A stretch of 62,445 bases of DNA, filler included, from Globobulimina sp. (taxonomy: Eukaryota), in assembly GCA_003354225.1 (NCBI GenBank). It is 35 parts of 35 records of this genome, joined end to end, with 100 filler letters (N's around TTAATTAATTAA, not from the genome) between each part and the next. Parts side by side here need not be neighbours in the genome. Positions count along the whole stretch, not along the records: positions 37,539 to 39,225 come from PIVH01013122.1; positions 39,326 to 41,012 come from PIVH01013123.1; positions 41,113 to 42,799 come from PIVH01013124.1; positions 42,900 to 44,585 come from PIVH01013125.1; positions 44,686 to 46,371 come from PIVH01013126.1; positions 46,472 to 48,157 come from PIVH01013127.1; positions 48,258 to 49,943 come from PIVH01013128.1; positions 50,044 to 51,729 come from PIVH01013129.1; 27 more parts are not named here. One strand, written 5' to 3'. Made by a program: the position numbers and the translations under genes. The notes under the pieces are model-generated. The model was given only the letters and a program-made list of their open reading frames with translations. It had not been told where the DNA came from and did not search any database. Position 1 is the stretch's first letter. Every line of letters starts with the position of its first letter. This document shows positions 38,718-50,077 of the stretch, in pieces.

Positions 38718-38987
38718 TCGGCAAGCAAGTGCGTAAAACTCTTAATGCGAACAATATAGGCCCCCAAACGAGAGGGCCGAGAGTTTCCAGAAAAAATGCA
38801 CTGCAAACACAAAACAAGTACAGGTTTGGAAACATTTTTGTATACGAAATATCAAATATTATTATCATAATTATGATACGTGTGTAAAAGAAGTGTATTA
38901 TAATAAAAGAAGTAAATATTAAAATTAAATTGAACATAAATATAAAAATAAGCTCAATCGAAGCCGGTCAGCTCCGAGAGTGTAAAT

Positions 38988-39075
38988 ATTAAACAATTGA
39001 TTTAAACAATTGATTTAAATATAAAATTATTGTGTGTTTTAAACAATTGATTTAAACAATTTAAACAATTGATTC
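38988..39075. repeat. Short AT-rich tandem repeat (TTAAACAATTGAT)
   Basis: Four to five copies in two clusters. Confidence 0.7.
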
Positions 39076-40068
39076 TTGAATATGATGTACATACAATTTT
39101 AAAGAATGCGGAGCATATGCTTTAAATCTTGGATATGAATCATAAATTTCAAATTTGTCTGTTTTCTCTTGAATAAATATAAATTTTGATGAATTATTCT
39201 CTTGCGGTATAATTAAAACAACAGTNNNNNNNNNNNNNNNNNNNNNNNNNNNNNNNNNNNNNNNNNNNNTTAATTAATTAANNNNNNNNNNNNNNNNNNN
39301 NNNNNNNNNNNNNNNNNNNNNNNNNAAGGAGACTGGTTACACAAAGTTTGCAGATTAAGCAGTTTGTGTCTAAATGATATTGCCACAGCAAGCAGGCGTA
39401 TACCATTCAAATTGCGTCCATTGTTAAGAACACATGGTTCTGAAATACCACTCAACTTATTTTAAAAGGTGGTATGTGGCACAATATATTGCAAATTTTA
39501 TTAGTTATTGTTGTTTTTGTTCATCAATTAATATGGCGTCCACCACAAAAGAGTCAAAGATGGAAAGTGTTAAAGACATTTATTTCTGCTGTTGTTATGC
39601 AGTTAAATGTATATTTTCATTGAAAAAATTTGGATATCGATAAGCCAGATTGTTGCTCGTATTTAAATCGTTTATTTTGAGTTTAGATGCTTCTTCGATC
39701 TGCGCTGCTGGACATGACTTGTAACTTCAAAACACACAGTCACAGTCACACAGCAATGCACACGATCAGATGACTCTGACAATCTGCCTTCGTCAACTAA
39801 AACATTCTCAACCCGCATAACATTAAATTTATTCGCTCCCCAATATTGATTGGCAGTCTTTACCATTTCCACTGCGCTCTGGAACTCTTCTCCTACACAG
39901 AAATGGGTTGTATTAAATAGACACCATCTTCCTTGATGTTGTTCTGTATGTACGTTTGAGAGGACATATTTGTTTAGATGTTGTCACTCAATCTTCAGGT
40001 CAAGTATAAAGCAAGTTTCTTCTTCAAAATACTGTCAAATCAATCTAGAGAGAAAAAGTCTTTTTTTA

Positions 40069-41012
40069 TTATAATTTTGATTTTGCAGCTTGTTTATACA
40101 TGTCCTCGATTTCATTTTTAAATCTCTCCCTCGCCACGTTTCGTTTCAATTTCATTGTACTGGTTAAGAGTCCATTGTCAATGCTGAAATCCTCTGCAAT
40201 CAAATGTATCCTTTTTATCTTCTCAAAGCCCACCAACTGTTCCCTCGCCGCAATCCTCTCCATATCCGCGCGGATCAACTGTTTGATTTTGCTATTTTTA
40301 ATCATCTCACCCGGTTTCTCCGCAATCGCTTCCAAGCCGTTCTGCTGGCACCAACTGGCAAAGACCTCCATGTCCGGCCACACCACACCGACCAAATAAG
40401 TTTCATTGCTATTTCCATGCACAAATATATTCCCTACGAACCGACTCAATTTATACACATTTTCAATGTACTCCGGCCGGATGTATTCGCCCTGCGCCAA
40501 CTTAAAAATATTCTTCTTCCGGTCAATAATTTGCAACTTGCCATCCAACCGCCATTGGCCCACATCGCCAGTCGCAAACCAGCCATCTGCGAACAGCACC
40601 GCCTCTGTTTTCTGCTTCATTCTGTAATAACCACTGAACAGCGCCGGGCCACGGAACCAAACCTCCCCTCTCGGCAACGGCTCGTCGCTCACAGAATAAT
40701 TCATGTCCTCCACGTCCACCAACTTCATCTCCACCGCCTCCCCGACAGCGCCAACCTGACCGTACGTATTATCCATTCGCTCCGAACCGGTGCCGGACGC
40801 ACTCGTTTCCGTCAAACCGTACCCTCCGACCACCCCGTCGGCAAAGCACACCTTCAAAAAATTGGCAGTCGCCGCCGACAATGGAGCCGAGCCACTGACA
40901 CAAGCTCTGATTTTGCCGCCAAACTTTTGCTTAATTTTATCAAACACCAACTTCTCCCACAGCGCAGAGGGAGTGCTCCCATTCGCAATGGCTTCCACTT
41001 TGGCACTGTACG
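40069..41012 (-). CDS. ACSL: Long-chain acyl-CoA synthetase, 3' part
   Basis: SGSAPL, GYGLTET, GEVWFRGP, GWFATGDVG, IIDRKKNIFKLAQGEY, LLTSTMKLKR; ends in SKL (PTS1-like). Confidence 0.93.
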
Positions 41013-41175
41013 NNNNNNNNNNNNNNNNNNNNNNNNNNNNNNNNNNNNNNNNNNNNTTAATTAATTAANNNNNNNNNNNNNNNNNNNNNNNNNNNNNNNN
41101 NNNNNNNNNNNNGGTCATGGACGGCATGGATCGCGCCCAGGCCCCCGCCACGCCAGCAACCGCCGAGGCAAGCGA

Positions 41176-41685
41176 ATGAGCGCAGCCCGTCAGCTCACCT
41201 GCACGATCAACGGCGAGCAGGTCGACCTCGAGCACGAACCCCAAGACACATTGCTCACGGCCTTGCGCTATCGACTGGATCTGAAGGGCGCCAAGGAAGG
41301 CTGCGGCGAAGGCGAGTGCGGCGCCTGCACGGTGTTCGTCGACGGTCAGGCGGTCGTCTCCTGCCTCGTGCTCGCGGCCCAGTGCGAGGGCGCCGAGATC
41401 ACGACGATCGAAGGGCTCGGGAAGGGATACCCAGACGGCCTGCACCCGGTGCAGCGCGCGTTCATTGAGACGGGCGCCGTGCAGTGTGGTTTCTGCATTC
41501 CGGGGATCATCATGGGGGCAGCCGACGCGATCGCGAAGCGCCCCCAGGCAGCTCGCGAGGAGATCCGCAGGCTCGTCGCCGGGAACCTCTGCCGCTGCAC
41601 CGGCTACACCAAGATCCTCGACGCGGTCGAACTGGCCCGCGAGCGGATCCAGAGTCGCGAACCCTCCACCGTGAAGGCCCAGTAG
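41176..41685 (+). CDS. Bacterial 2Fe-2S small subunit of a xanthine/CO dehydrogenase-family molybdoenzyme (CoxS-like)
   Basis: GCGEGECGACTV, QCGFCIPG, GNLCRCTGY; GC-rich; ATGA overlap with an upstream gene; next ATG at 41688. Confidence 0.93.
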   Translation: MSAARQLTCTINGEQVDLEHEPQDTLLTALRYRLDLKGAKEGCGEGECGACTVFVDGQAVVSCLVLAAQCEGAEITTIEGLGKGYPDGLHPVQRAFIETGAVQCGFCIPGIIMGAADAIAKRPQAAREEIRRLVAGNLCRCTGYTKILDAVELARERIQSREPSTVKAQ

Positions 41686-41760
41686 CTATGGAAGGTGAAA
41701 TGACTGGCGTCGTTCTCGACGTCATTCGGATTTGAAAGAGGAGCAGTCATTGCATCATAT

Positions 41761-42219
41761 TTGAGTTACTCCTTCGATCAAATTGAGAGAATGTCAAACC
41801 TGAATAGCAATAATTTTGGTGATTTTATAGAACGAAATAGATGGAGAAACAATAAAAAATTATCAAACAAATCAGTTTATTTGGAGCCATATTTAGTGAT
41901 TGATTATGTTCAAAGAATTGAGCAAAAACACAAAGAATTTCGAATGTTTGTGATTAAAAGTGATAAATTAATCAATTATGTTTCTGTTTATTATGAACAT
42001 TTAATGGACTCAGTTTATTCGAATAATATGATTTATTTGAAAATGATTGAATCTTTTTTAGATATTGAACATCAGATTAATTCAACACAAATGTCAATAT
42101 ATAAACGGGAACATCCACTGCCATGCTACAGAAAAATACAAAATTGGGATCAAATAAGAAATGATTTACAATCCATAGGATCAGTCTCGGTTATTGCTTG
42201 CGAGAAATTCAATTCGTAG
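41761..42219 (+). CDS. Hypothetical AT-rich gene fragment
   Basis: Open frame immediately after the GC-to-AT junction. Confidence 0.4.
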   Translation: MSYSFDQIERMSNLNSNNFGDFIERNRWRNNKKLSNKSVYLEPYLVIDYVQRIEQKHKEFRMFVIKSDKLINYVSVYYEHLMDSVYSNNMIYLKMIESFLDIEHQINSTQMSIYKREHPLPCYRKIQNWDQIRNDLQSIGSVSVIACEKFNS

Positions 42220-42539
42220 TTTTATTAATAGTTTCCTTTTGAGAATATTTTGTCTCTATTTTGTAACTTTTGTGTGTCCCATAAAAGATGCAGTGAATCA
42301 AATAAATATTAATACAATATCTTTGCAGAACATTCTAACACTTTTTCCTGGAATAGTTTCTGCTTTGGATTTTATTATTTTGTTAATTTGTCTCACAATC
42401 TAAAGCCGTGTATCAACGCAAAGCATCACTGAAAGCATGGATAATGACCACTGCAGACACAACTATTGAGCTAATTTATTGTGGTGACTGTGGTGAGCAA
42501 TCAAACAATTTAAATATGGCATAACAAAATCATATATAC

Positions 42540-42697
42540 TTGACTTTTTAGGCTTAAACTTCTAAACACTTCTTTTGTGATTGGCAAGGTTTTTGGGTTA
42601 GTTAGAGTGGTTTTCAACCTAGTATTCGAAGTTGACGGTCAACTGCCTAAAGCATAAAGCATAAAAAGTGTTTAGAAGTTTAAGCATAAAGAGTCAA
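42540..42697. repeat. MITE-like element with ~32-bp terminal inverted repeats
   Basis: ttgactttttaggcttaaacttctaaacactt versus aagtgtttagaagtttaagcataaagagtcaa (2 mismatches). Confidence 0.7.
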
Positions 42698-42899
42698 TTG
42701 CCATTCTTTTAGTATATAAAAATCCATATATTACCATTTTCGATACCATCTACCCTTTTTTTTTGTTGAATTTGTAAAAATGTAAATATCTTGATTGCTN
42801 NNNNNNNNNNNNNNNNNNNNNNNNNNNNNNNNNNNNNNNNNNNTTAATTAATTAANNNNNNNNNNNNNNNNNNNNNNNNNNNNNNNNNNNNNNNNNNNN

Positions 42900-43720
42900 A
42901 AGATGTTCAAGATGAGAACACAGGAAACAATATAAATAGAAGATCAACACAACGGAGATGGTGCAGGGATGCAAGTGGAAGGTTGGTATCAATGAACAGA
43001 GCTGAATCCCACAGAAATGAAAGTAGATCAAGATCAAGATCAAGATCCAGGAGCAGAGAGACGACGTCGACGCCACAACTTAATGGCAACACTGACTCGG
43101 AGCAACATAGCATTGGTGATTCTTTGTCTTTGTTGAACTTTTTTGAAGATCAGTTGCTGAATAATAATAATAACAATAACAGCGCTAACAATATACTCAA
43201 TGATATGGTGAATGAACTGTTTGAGCAACTGCGAGATGGTGGGGATAGAGTAGCTGCACAGGAAGAAGAAGGAGAAGAACTGCTCATGGAACAACCACAA
43301 AGGTCGGCCATATCGGCATCGGCATCGTTAACGGATTTAGAGACTGTATTAAATAATATGCGGTCAATGATATATAATATGAATCGCGAGTTAAATAATA
43401 ATTCATTTACATTAAAATTAACAGTTTCGATCAATGGAGCACTCACAATCTTTGACAATGTTAATGTATCGCGAGTTGATCAAATAATGTCATTCAGTCA
43501 TCGGAAAATTACATTAAATGAAGAGAAACAAAATAGTGAATGTGGAATTTGCATTGCTAATTTTAAAAAGGATGAAAATGTCACCAAACTACAATGTAAC
43601 CACGAATTCCATGAACAATGTATTAATACATGGCTAGTGGAGAAAGGTCAATGTCCTTTTTGCCGACAAAAGGTAATAACATTTAAATGTGAAAGCCAGT
43701 TCGGTGTGGTTTATATTTAA
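42900..43720 (+). CDS. RING-H2 E3 ubiquitin ligase, 5' partial
   Basis: CGIC...CNHEFHEQCINTWL...CPFCR; RS repeat upstream. Confidence 0.9.
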
Positions 43721-43845
43721 TAGTTAATACGCACATAATTTAAAGTCACTGTTAACGTCTGTTACCAAAGAATGTGTCTCGTGACTCTCGTCTCAAGCTC
43801 ATGACATTCAAAACTACTCTCGTAAGCATCATAAATCTTATTCTT

Positions 43846-44585
43846 TCACTTTTTATTGTTAATTTTGAGTTTCTTTGTTAGCTGAATAATATTTTGGTAA
43901 TTTGCAACAATATGTTGTGTATCTGTTTTCTTATCCATTCTTCCAATGTGATCCGTTGAATTCCCTCTTTTCTCCAACCTTTGCTGAACTAATTTAATAT
44001 CTCTCTCATTTCCATGTTTAACACATTTCGTTTTCACAACCAATTGCAATCTCCTTTTGAAAACATCGTCAGTCATCTTACCATTTTTTTTCATTTCACT
44101 CAATTTATCACAAATGGCATACACATTGGAGTATTGCTCAATTATTTCATCATTGTCATAATTTAACTGAATAGCTCTTGAAATACTTAATAAACTCTGA
44201 AATGGATCACCAAAATTTAACTCTGCTCTGGATAAAGTTAACCAGTTTATTTCATTCATCTCATTCAACAAAATAGCAGATTGTGCCGCTTTTATTGCAC
44301 CAAAATCACGATCCATTTCAAGTAAAACTTGTGAATGATATTCATACATTTCACTGCCAATTTTCCTATGATATAATAATAATTTCTCCCATTCTTTAAT
44401 TTGATTTCCATATTCATCATCATCAGAGTTACTATCATCAAAATAAAGTATTTCTTCATCATTATCATCATTGTCCTTTTCTTTCTTTTCATTTTCGTTG
44501 TTTTGTGGTTGATGTTTTGGTGGTGGTTTCCATAATTTTTTTTTTGTTTTTTTCCTTGAAATATGTTTATTTTTTTTGTATAGAT
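43846..44585 (-). CDS. TTC33-like TPR protein, 5' partial
   Basis: YEYHSQVLLEM..FGAIKAAQSAI...WLTLSRAELNFGD resembles TTC33; frame extends upstream of the ORF-track start. Confidence 0.65.
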
Positions 44586-45145
44586 NNNNNNNNNNNNNNN
44601 NNNNNNNNNNNNNNNNNNNNNNNNNNNNNTTAATTAATTAANNNNNNNNNNNNNNNNNNNNNNNNNNNNNNNNNNNNNNNNNNNNACGGATCAATATTTT
44701 GGGATTGATAATGTTTGCAAATTAAAGCATAAATATTTGCTTTATTCTCCTCATTCTTCCACAAATCATAAACTTCAAAGAGTTCCTCCATTCGTTGATA
44801 CACATTCTCTTCTTTTACTTCCTCCCTTTCTTGCTTTGAATTTCTTTTTTCTTCTATAAATTCCATACATTTCTCAATATTCCCACCACATTCAATAAAA
44901 TCCTCATATGATATTTCATAGCCAGTCGATAAAAAAAATTCGTATTCTTTCAACCACTTTAAATCGCTATCCACGGTTTTACTGTTTGTATTACCCATTT
45001 TAGGCAACTATTCAAAATACGAATGTGCTGATAGTGATTTTGTTGTTTCTGATCTCGATTTTTTTTTGGTGGAACTAAACTAAGAAATCAAAAAAGTTTT
45101 TATGATCCACAGCTAAAAGATCTACAGCTAAATCACCTTCGCCGT

Positions 45146-46003
45146 TTGGGTAGAATGGCAGTGGTAGCAGGTAATGATATGGATTATTCCCCATTAAATC
45201 CATCGCCGTGTTCAACATCGGAGACATCAAATTTTACGTCAGTCCGAAATATGTCGCCATCGAAATCAACTGTATCAGCCTCAAATATTTCATCCCAATC
45301 AATATCTGAGTCTAAGCACACATCGAAACCAAATTTAAATTACGTCGCTTATCCAATCACAAAGACACAATTGTCGGTGTTATTAGTGAATGACTTGCAA
45401 CAAAGAAGAAATGTGAATAAGACCATTGATCAACGCTTAATTGACGACGAGAAAACATTTAAAGACATTGAATACAAACTTAATGAGAAAATTAAAAAAT
45501 ATCAAGAAAGGAATATTCGAAAGTTACAGCATTCTTCAAATATACAAGAAACAGAACCAATTAATATTCAACATATCAATGAGTTATTGGATCGCATCAT
45601 TAATTTGGATGGAGAAACGTTAGAAATTAAAAAAGAAATTCGAAAAAAAAAATGGTATCAAGATCGAAATGGTATGCTCATCTCCGTGTGTTCTCGTTTT
45701 TTATTTCTGCAGTTCTTTGCCTTTGCTTTGTCAGCATTGTACAGGAAAATCAGTGAAAACAATGCATTGATGACAGAAATTGACAATATGACACAGAAAA
45801 TTGATTATTGGCAACAAATGATTGTTGTCACCGGAAATAATGATATGAATAACAATAATAAAAACATTTCAATTAATCATTCCCGACATGATAATATTAC
45901 TCCATTTGTTGTTAAAGAAGCACTACGCATAAAATCGGAAAATGAGAAAATGTTAAACGATTTAAGAGCTCAATTGGATGAAATAAGAGCAAAGAGAACC
46001 TGA
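45146..46003 (+). CDS. Hypothetical coiled-coil protein
   Basis: Ser-rich N-terminus and heptad-like segments; may contain an intron near 45670-45745. Confidence 0.5.
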   Translation: MGRMAVVAGNDMDYSPLNPSPCSTSETSNFTSVRNMSPSKSTVSASNISSQSISESKHTSKPNLNYVAYPITKTQLSVLLVNDLQQRRNVNKTIDQRLIDDEKTFKDIEYKLNEKIKKYQERNIRKLQHSSNIQETEPINIQHINELLDRIINLDGETLEIKKEIRKKKWYQDRNGMLISVCSRFLFLQFFAFALSALYRKISENNALMTEIDNMTQKIDYWQQMIVVTGNNDMNNNNKNISINHSRHDNITPFVVKEALRIKSENEKMLNDLRAQLDEIRAKRT

Positions 46004-46623
46004 TCAGATTTATTATAATGTTATGTTTTGTGTTATCTTCTTTTATAATTATCTTCTGATTAAAGCGTGCTTTAATTTCTGTTCTATATATTGTCAAAAC
46101 TTTCTTTTTATGTGTTTGTTTTGTTTACATCATCAAATGAAACAATCCTCTTAATCTAATTTTTATTCCCTATATAAGAAAAAATACAATCCACAAATTC
46201 AAATTTAAACCTGGTTCACATTAATTTCTCTTTCTTTTACCATTACGGAAACTGAGTGTGCAATGTTTCCGTATGTTGTATATATCTGCACCTGTTTGTA
46301 TCCAGCATACATAGTAAAAAATGGAATGATAGAATTCTCGAGGTTTTTGTATCAAATATCTCAAAGCCATGNNNNNNNNNNNNNNNNNNNNNNNNNNNNN
46401 NNNNNNNNNNNNNNNTTAATTAATTAANNNNNNNNNNNNNNNNNNNNNNNNNNNNNNNNNNNNNNNNNNNNGCTGTAATAAGACAAAAAATATTATCTAT
46501 TAAATCACATACAGAATGTCATTAAAAGTAATTACTCATCGTTCCAACTTAGTCACTCAAGTGCAGAATTTAAACATATAAAGACTGCTTTCATATGTGC
46601 GCAAGATCATATCGCTTTACTAC

Positions 46624-48009
46624 GAGCCTTTTGCAAAATGATCAAACTAAACAGTAACTATAAACCAAGGGTATTGGATTAAGCTATCCAAATGGGTCTC
46701 GTTACCTTATTAATGCTCATTTTACTGAATTTTATCGCCACATTGGCGCACGTCTCTTGCTGTTATGCTGTTTTTATCGTTCTTTGACAATCTATTCGAG
46801 CAGTCGTAGAAGCTGATCTGCAAATAATACGACCACCCCAAACATCAGATGTTGGGTCACCTTACTGTGCCCTTTTACCATGATGTTTTTGGCTCCAAAA
46901 TCTTCTTTCAATCTACCGTTTGCTCTTTCTACAGAAGATCGAATTTTGTAACGCACTGCTTCATGAGGTACCATGGGAATCACTTCTTTTCCACGAGCAT
47001 TCTTGTCAATAATTGGCACATGCCCATACTGTCTACTTATCTCGTTAATCCGTTTAGCATCGTAGGCTGCATCCATGAGGTCGTACAGATAAACCACCTT
47101 ACTGCTGGTCTGCTTGATCAACGGGATGGCAACCTGGCTGTCATGTACCGAAGCAGAGGTGACAAGAGCACTGATTGGCAACCCCACATCGTTTATATCC
47201 AGGTGCAGCTTGTAACCATTCCAGGAAGTTTTGTAACCCTTTGCATTTTTCTTGGTCCCTCGGTCACAGCAGGTTGGCAACTCTTGGATAGCTTCTTTTG
47301 CGGACAGAACAACCTGGCGATCAAGTCGCTTCTTTACCGTTGGTTCTCTTTGTTCGCCCTTGGCAGGGCGGCCTCTTTTCCGAGGCTTCTTCGGTTCTTT
47401 CACTTTCTTGGCAGGTTTCTCTCTGCCTACGATGGCTGTGGAATCCCGACTGATATGTCCAATCAGTTCATCTGAAAGGTAGTCCTGCACCATGGAATCG
47501 TGTACACGTGAAGCAAGTTGATTATCCGAAAACTCTGCAAATGCCCGAGAGAATGTTGCTTCTGATGGTAGACCTTTGGTTCCGAAACCGCAAATGCCTC
47601 TTAAATTTTCGTTTGCCAGAAGTGCTCGAATTAAGTCACTGGTTGTAGGCAACCGGTATAAGATTTTAGCCACAAATGCACGCGCCAAGGATTGTCGATC
47701 AAGAGGCTTACGGCCTCTCCAGCAAATCGTTTTACTACTGGGAATATACTTCTCAACCTGTACAATTTCCAGGATTGACACCAATCGCTGCTCCTGTTCA
47801 GTGAGAGGAGTATCAAAGCATTCGTTTAGGTGAGAAAACAAACTTTTTTGGACACGATACAATAACCATGATATCTTGTTTTTGAGCTTCATTGGCAGTC
47901 TCTCCAGTATTATTTTGGTGGTACAAAACAATACCATGAGTTGCCATGAAGCTCAATATTTTCAATATGTTATGACCTTTTTTTCTATTTTTAATTTTGC
48001 AAGAGGCTC
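46624..48009 (-). mobile_element. Complete bacterial insertion sequence (IS5/IS1182-like DDE), 1386 bp
   Basis: 16-bp TIRs gagccttttgcaaaat / attttgcaagaggctc (15/16 match) enclosing a transposase; no clear target-site duplication. Confidence 0.85.
46792..47892 (-). CDS. DDE transposase
   Basis: PSEATFSR, RDSTAI, GYKLH, SVHDSQ, MDAAYD, YKIRSSVERANGRLK; start at 47892 or 47937. Confidence 0.92.
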   Translation of the reverse strand: MKLKNKISWLLYRVQKSLFSHLNECFDTPLTEQEQRLVSILEIVQVEKYIPSSKTICWRGRKPLDRQSLARAFVAKILYRLPTTSDLIRALLANENLRGICGFGTKGLPSEATFSRAFAEFSDNQLASRVHDSMVQDYLSDELIGHISRDSTAIVGREKPAKKVKEPKKPRKRGRPAKGEQREPTVKKRLDRQVVLSAKEAIQELPTCCDRGTKKNAKGYKTSWNGYKLHLDINDVGLPISALVTSASVHDSQVAIPLIKQTSSKVVYLYDLMDAAYDAKRINEISRQYGHVPIIDKNARGKEVIPMVPHEAVRYKIRSSVERANGRLKEDFGAKNIMVKGHSKVTQHLMFGVVVLFADQLLRLLE

Positions 48010-48257
48010 ATATCATAGAAAATTACTGGATTACGATAAAAACATAAAACGAAAAATGAAGTTATATAACTGATAATTGAATAGAGTTAAGTTTAATTTA
48101 TTAAAAATGACCCCACTAAAAAAAACAAAACAAAAGGTTTGCCTGGTAAGTGCCTGTNNNNNNNNNNNNNNNNNNNNNNNNNNNNNNNNNNNNNNNNNNN
48201 NTTAATTAATTAANNNNNNNNNNNNNNNNNNNNNNNNNNNNNNNNNNNNNNNNNNNN

Positions 48258-49856
48258 CATCGCGTGAACAAAGCCGCCAACTCCAACTCCAATGCCAATG
48301 CACATGCAAATAGCACCAAAGCGGCGCATAACAACCATCATAATCATAGTCGCAGTCAGGGCCATGCACTGTATAATGGTTCGTTTAACGGCTCTTTTGG
48401 TGCCTCGATATTGAAGAAGCAGCAGAAAGGGCACCGGAATCGGAACCGCTCGCCGACGGAACATGGCCGCTATACGCAGAACAATGTCAAGATACTGCAG
48501 AAGGAAGAGAAGGAGCAGAGCACTGCGGGCACTGTGAAAGAATACGTGTACCGGCGGAAAGGCTACAAATCGCCGGATATCATCTCTGCGCCGCCGCCCA
48601 TCCCACCCAAACCGGAGGGGACCGCCTGCATATTAACGCAAGTTAAATTGGAACCGAATGGCGCAGCGCACTCTGTGTCGCCCCAAACTGCAGAAACGAG
48701 CACAAAAACACCGGCAAAGTCACTCTCAAACGGAGCGGCCACGAAAACGAAATCGCATCGTATTGTATCACAGGAAAATTTAGAGCAACAATTGAAACAA
48801 AGACAAAAGGACGCAAAAAAAGAGAAAGAGGCCAAATTGAAAATGTCGCCTTCAAATTGTGCAAATAACAAGAAACCGCAAAATAGCACTTTCTCCGTAG
48901 CCGCGCTGTATAAAATTAATGAGCGCAATGATGAGGAATCAAAATCGAAATTAAGCGCCAAACCCAGGGCAGATACGGCATCGCCTAAAAAATTAGACTT
49001 CCTCGCCATTGCAGACGACGCTTTTTTTGAGGCAATGATCCCGAACCAAACGGACATGGACGAGTTATTCAAGCACATCGCGCCGAAAATCAATGTGTTG
49101 CATGACGACGTGGGCTCGCCTCAGACCTCGCCGTTGCCTCTCAAGAAGATCTTGAAAATGAAGAAGAACCATCACAGCCACGGCCACGGCCACGGCCACA
49201 AGCACAAGCACAGCAACACCGTGATCACGGACCAATTGCGGCTGGTATGGGACGCCTTATGTTACTGCCAAGCCGACAGCAACAACACGCCGCGGCGCAG
49301 AGAGATCTATGTGGCGATGAACAAGACGCATAGCGAGTATATGAAGCACCGCGATATGCATTTCGCCAATGAATGCATCGACGTCTGTTTGGCGTACGGC
49401 ACCGTGGAGGAAATGATCAAAGGCCGCATCTCGTCGTTGTATATCTTGCCGGTGATCTTGAACGCATTGACCAGTAACGAGTCGACTTTTTACGACGCGC
49501 AGCAAAAGCTGAAGATGAGCGATGCCGAGAATAAGAGCCATGTTTGGATCACGTTGGATGCGCTGAAACGGCATCTCGTGGCCGGATACACCAACCATTT
49601 GTCCACTTACTTCACGTTGACGTACTTATACCGAATCATCCGGAACGCGACGCGCCTCTTCGCCTTCCATAAGGACGACCGGCAGTGCCATGACAGCCTC
49701 AATGACGAGCTGAACACTACGCAATTGGCGCAGATCCGGTTCAGAGTTCGGAAAGGCGCATATAATAACAATCAGAGTCAGGCCGCGCAGTATAATGACA
49801 GTAATAAGCGGGCCTATAATCACAGTCATAATCTCACATTCAACTATTATTCGTAA
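48258..49856 (+). CDS. Hypothetical protein, disordered His-rich N-terminal region plus helical C-terminal domain, 5' partial
   Basis: 530-aa open frame with HGHGHGHKHKH; no family recognised. Confidence 0.6.
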   Translation, partial: HRVNKAANSNSNANAHANSTKAAHNNHHNHSRSQGHALYNGSFNGSFGASILKKQQKGHRNRNRSPTEHGRYTQNNVKILQKEEKEQSTAGTVKEYVYRRKGYKSPDIISAPPPIPPKPEGTACILTQVKLEPNGAAHSVSPQTAETSTKTPAKSLSNGAATKTKSHRIVSQENLEQQLKQRQKDAKKEKEAKLKMSPSNCANNKKPQNSTFSVAALYKINERNDEESKSKLSAKPRADTASPKKLDFLAIADDAFFEAMIPNQTDMDELFKHIAPKINVLHDDVGSPQTSPLPLKKILKMKKNHHSHGHGHGHKHKHSNTVITDQLRLVWDALCYCQADSNNTPRRREIYVAMNKTHSEYMKHRDMHFANECIDVCLAYGTVEEMIKGRISSLYILPVILNALTSNESTFYDAQQKLKMSDAENKSHVWITLDALKRHLVAGYTNHLSTYFTLTYLYRIIRNATRLFAFHKDDRQCHDSLNDELNTTQLAQIRFRVRKGAYNNNQSQAAQYNDSNKRAYNHSHNLTFNYYS

Positions 49857-50077
49857 AGCAGTTAAATATTATTTCATGCTCACAATGTATCAATGATTTA
49901 AAACTCAGCGAAATGCGGAGTGAATTATCGAAATTAAAAAAAANNNNNNNNNNNNNNNNNNNNNNNNNNNNNNNNNNNNNNNNNNNNTTAATTAATTAAN
50001 NNNNNNNNNNNNNNNNNNNNNNNNNNNNNNNNNNNNNNNNNNNTTACAGCTGTAAACAAAACAAAAAATGAACTTAA

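Noticed and set aside
40204-41064. 286-aa plus-strand ORF (and similar antisense ORFs at 46849, 28733, 48563, 54016)
   Set aside because: Shadow frames opposite well-supported genes.
41176-48009. CoxS-like gene and IS as parts of one bacterial island
   Set aside because: Different contigs separated by spacers, with very different GC content.
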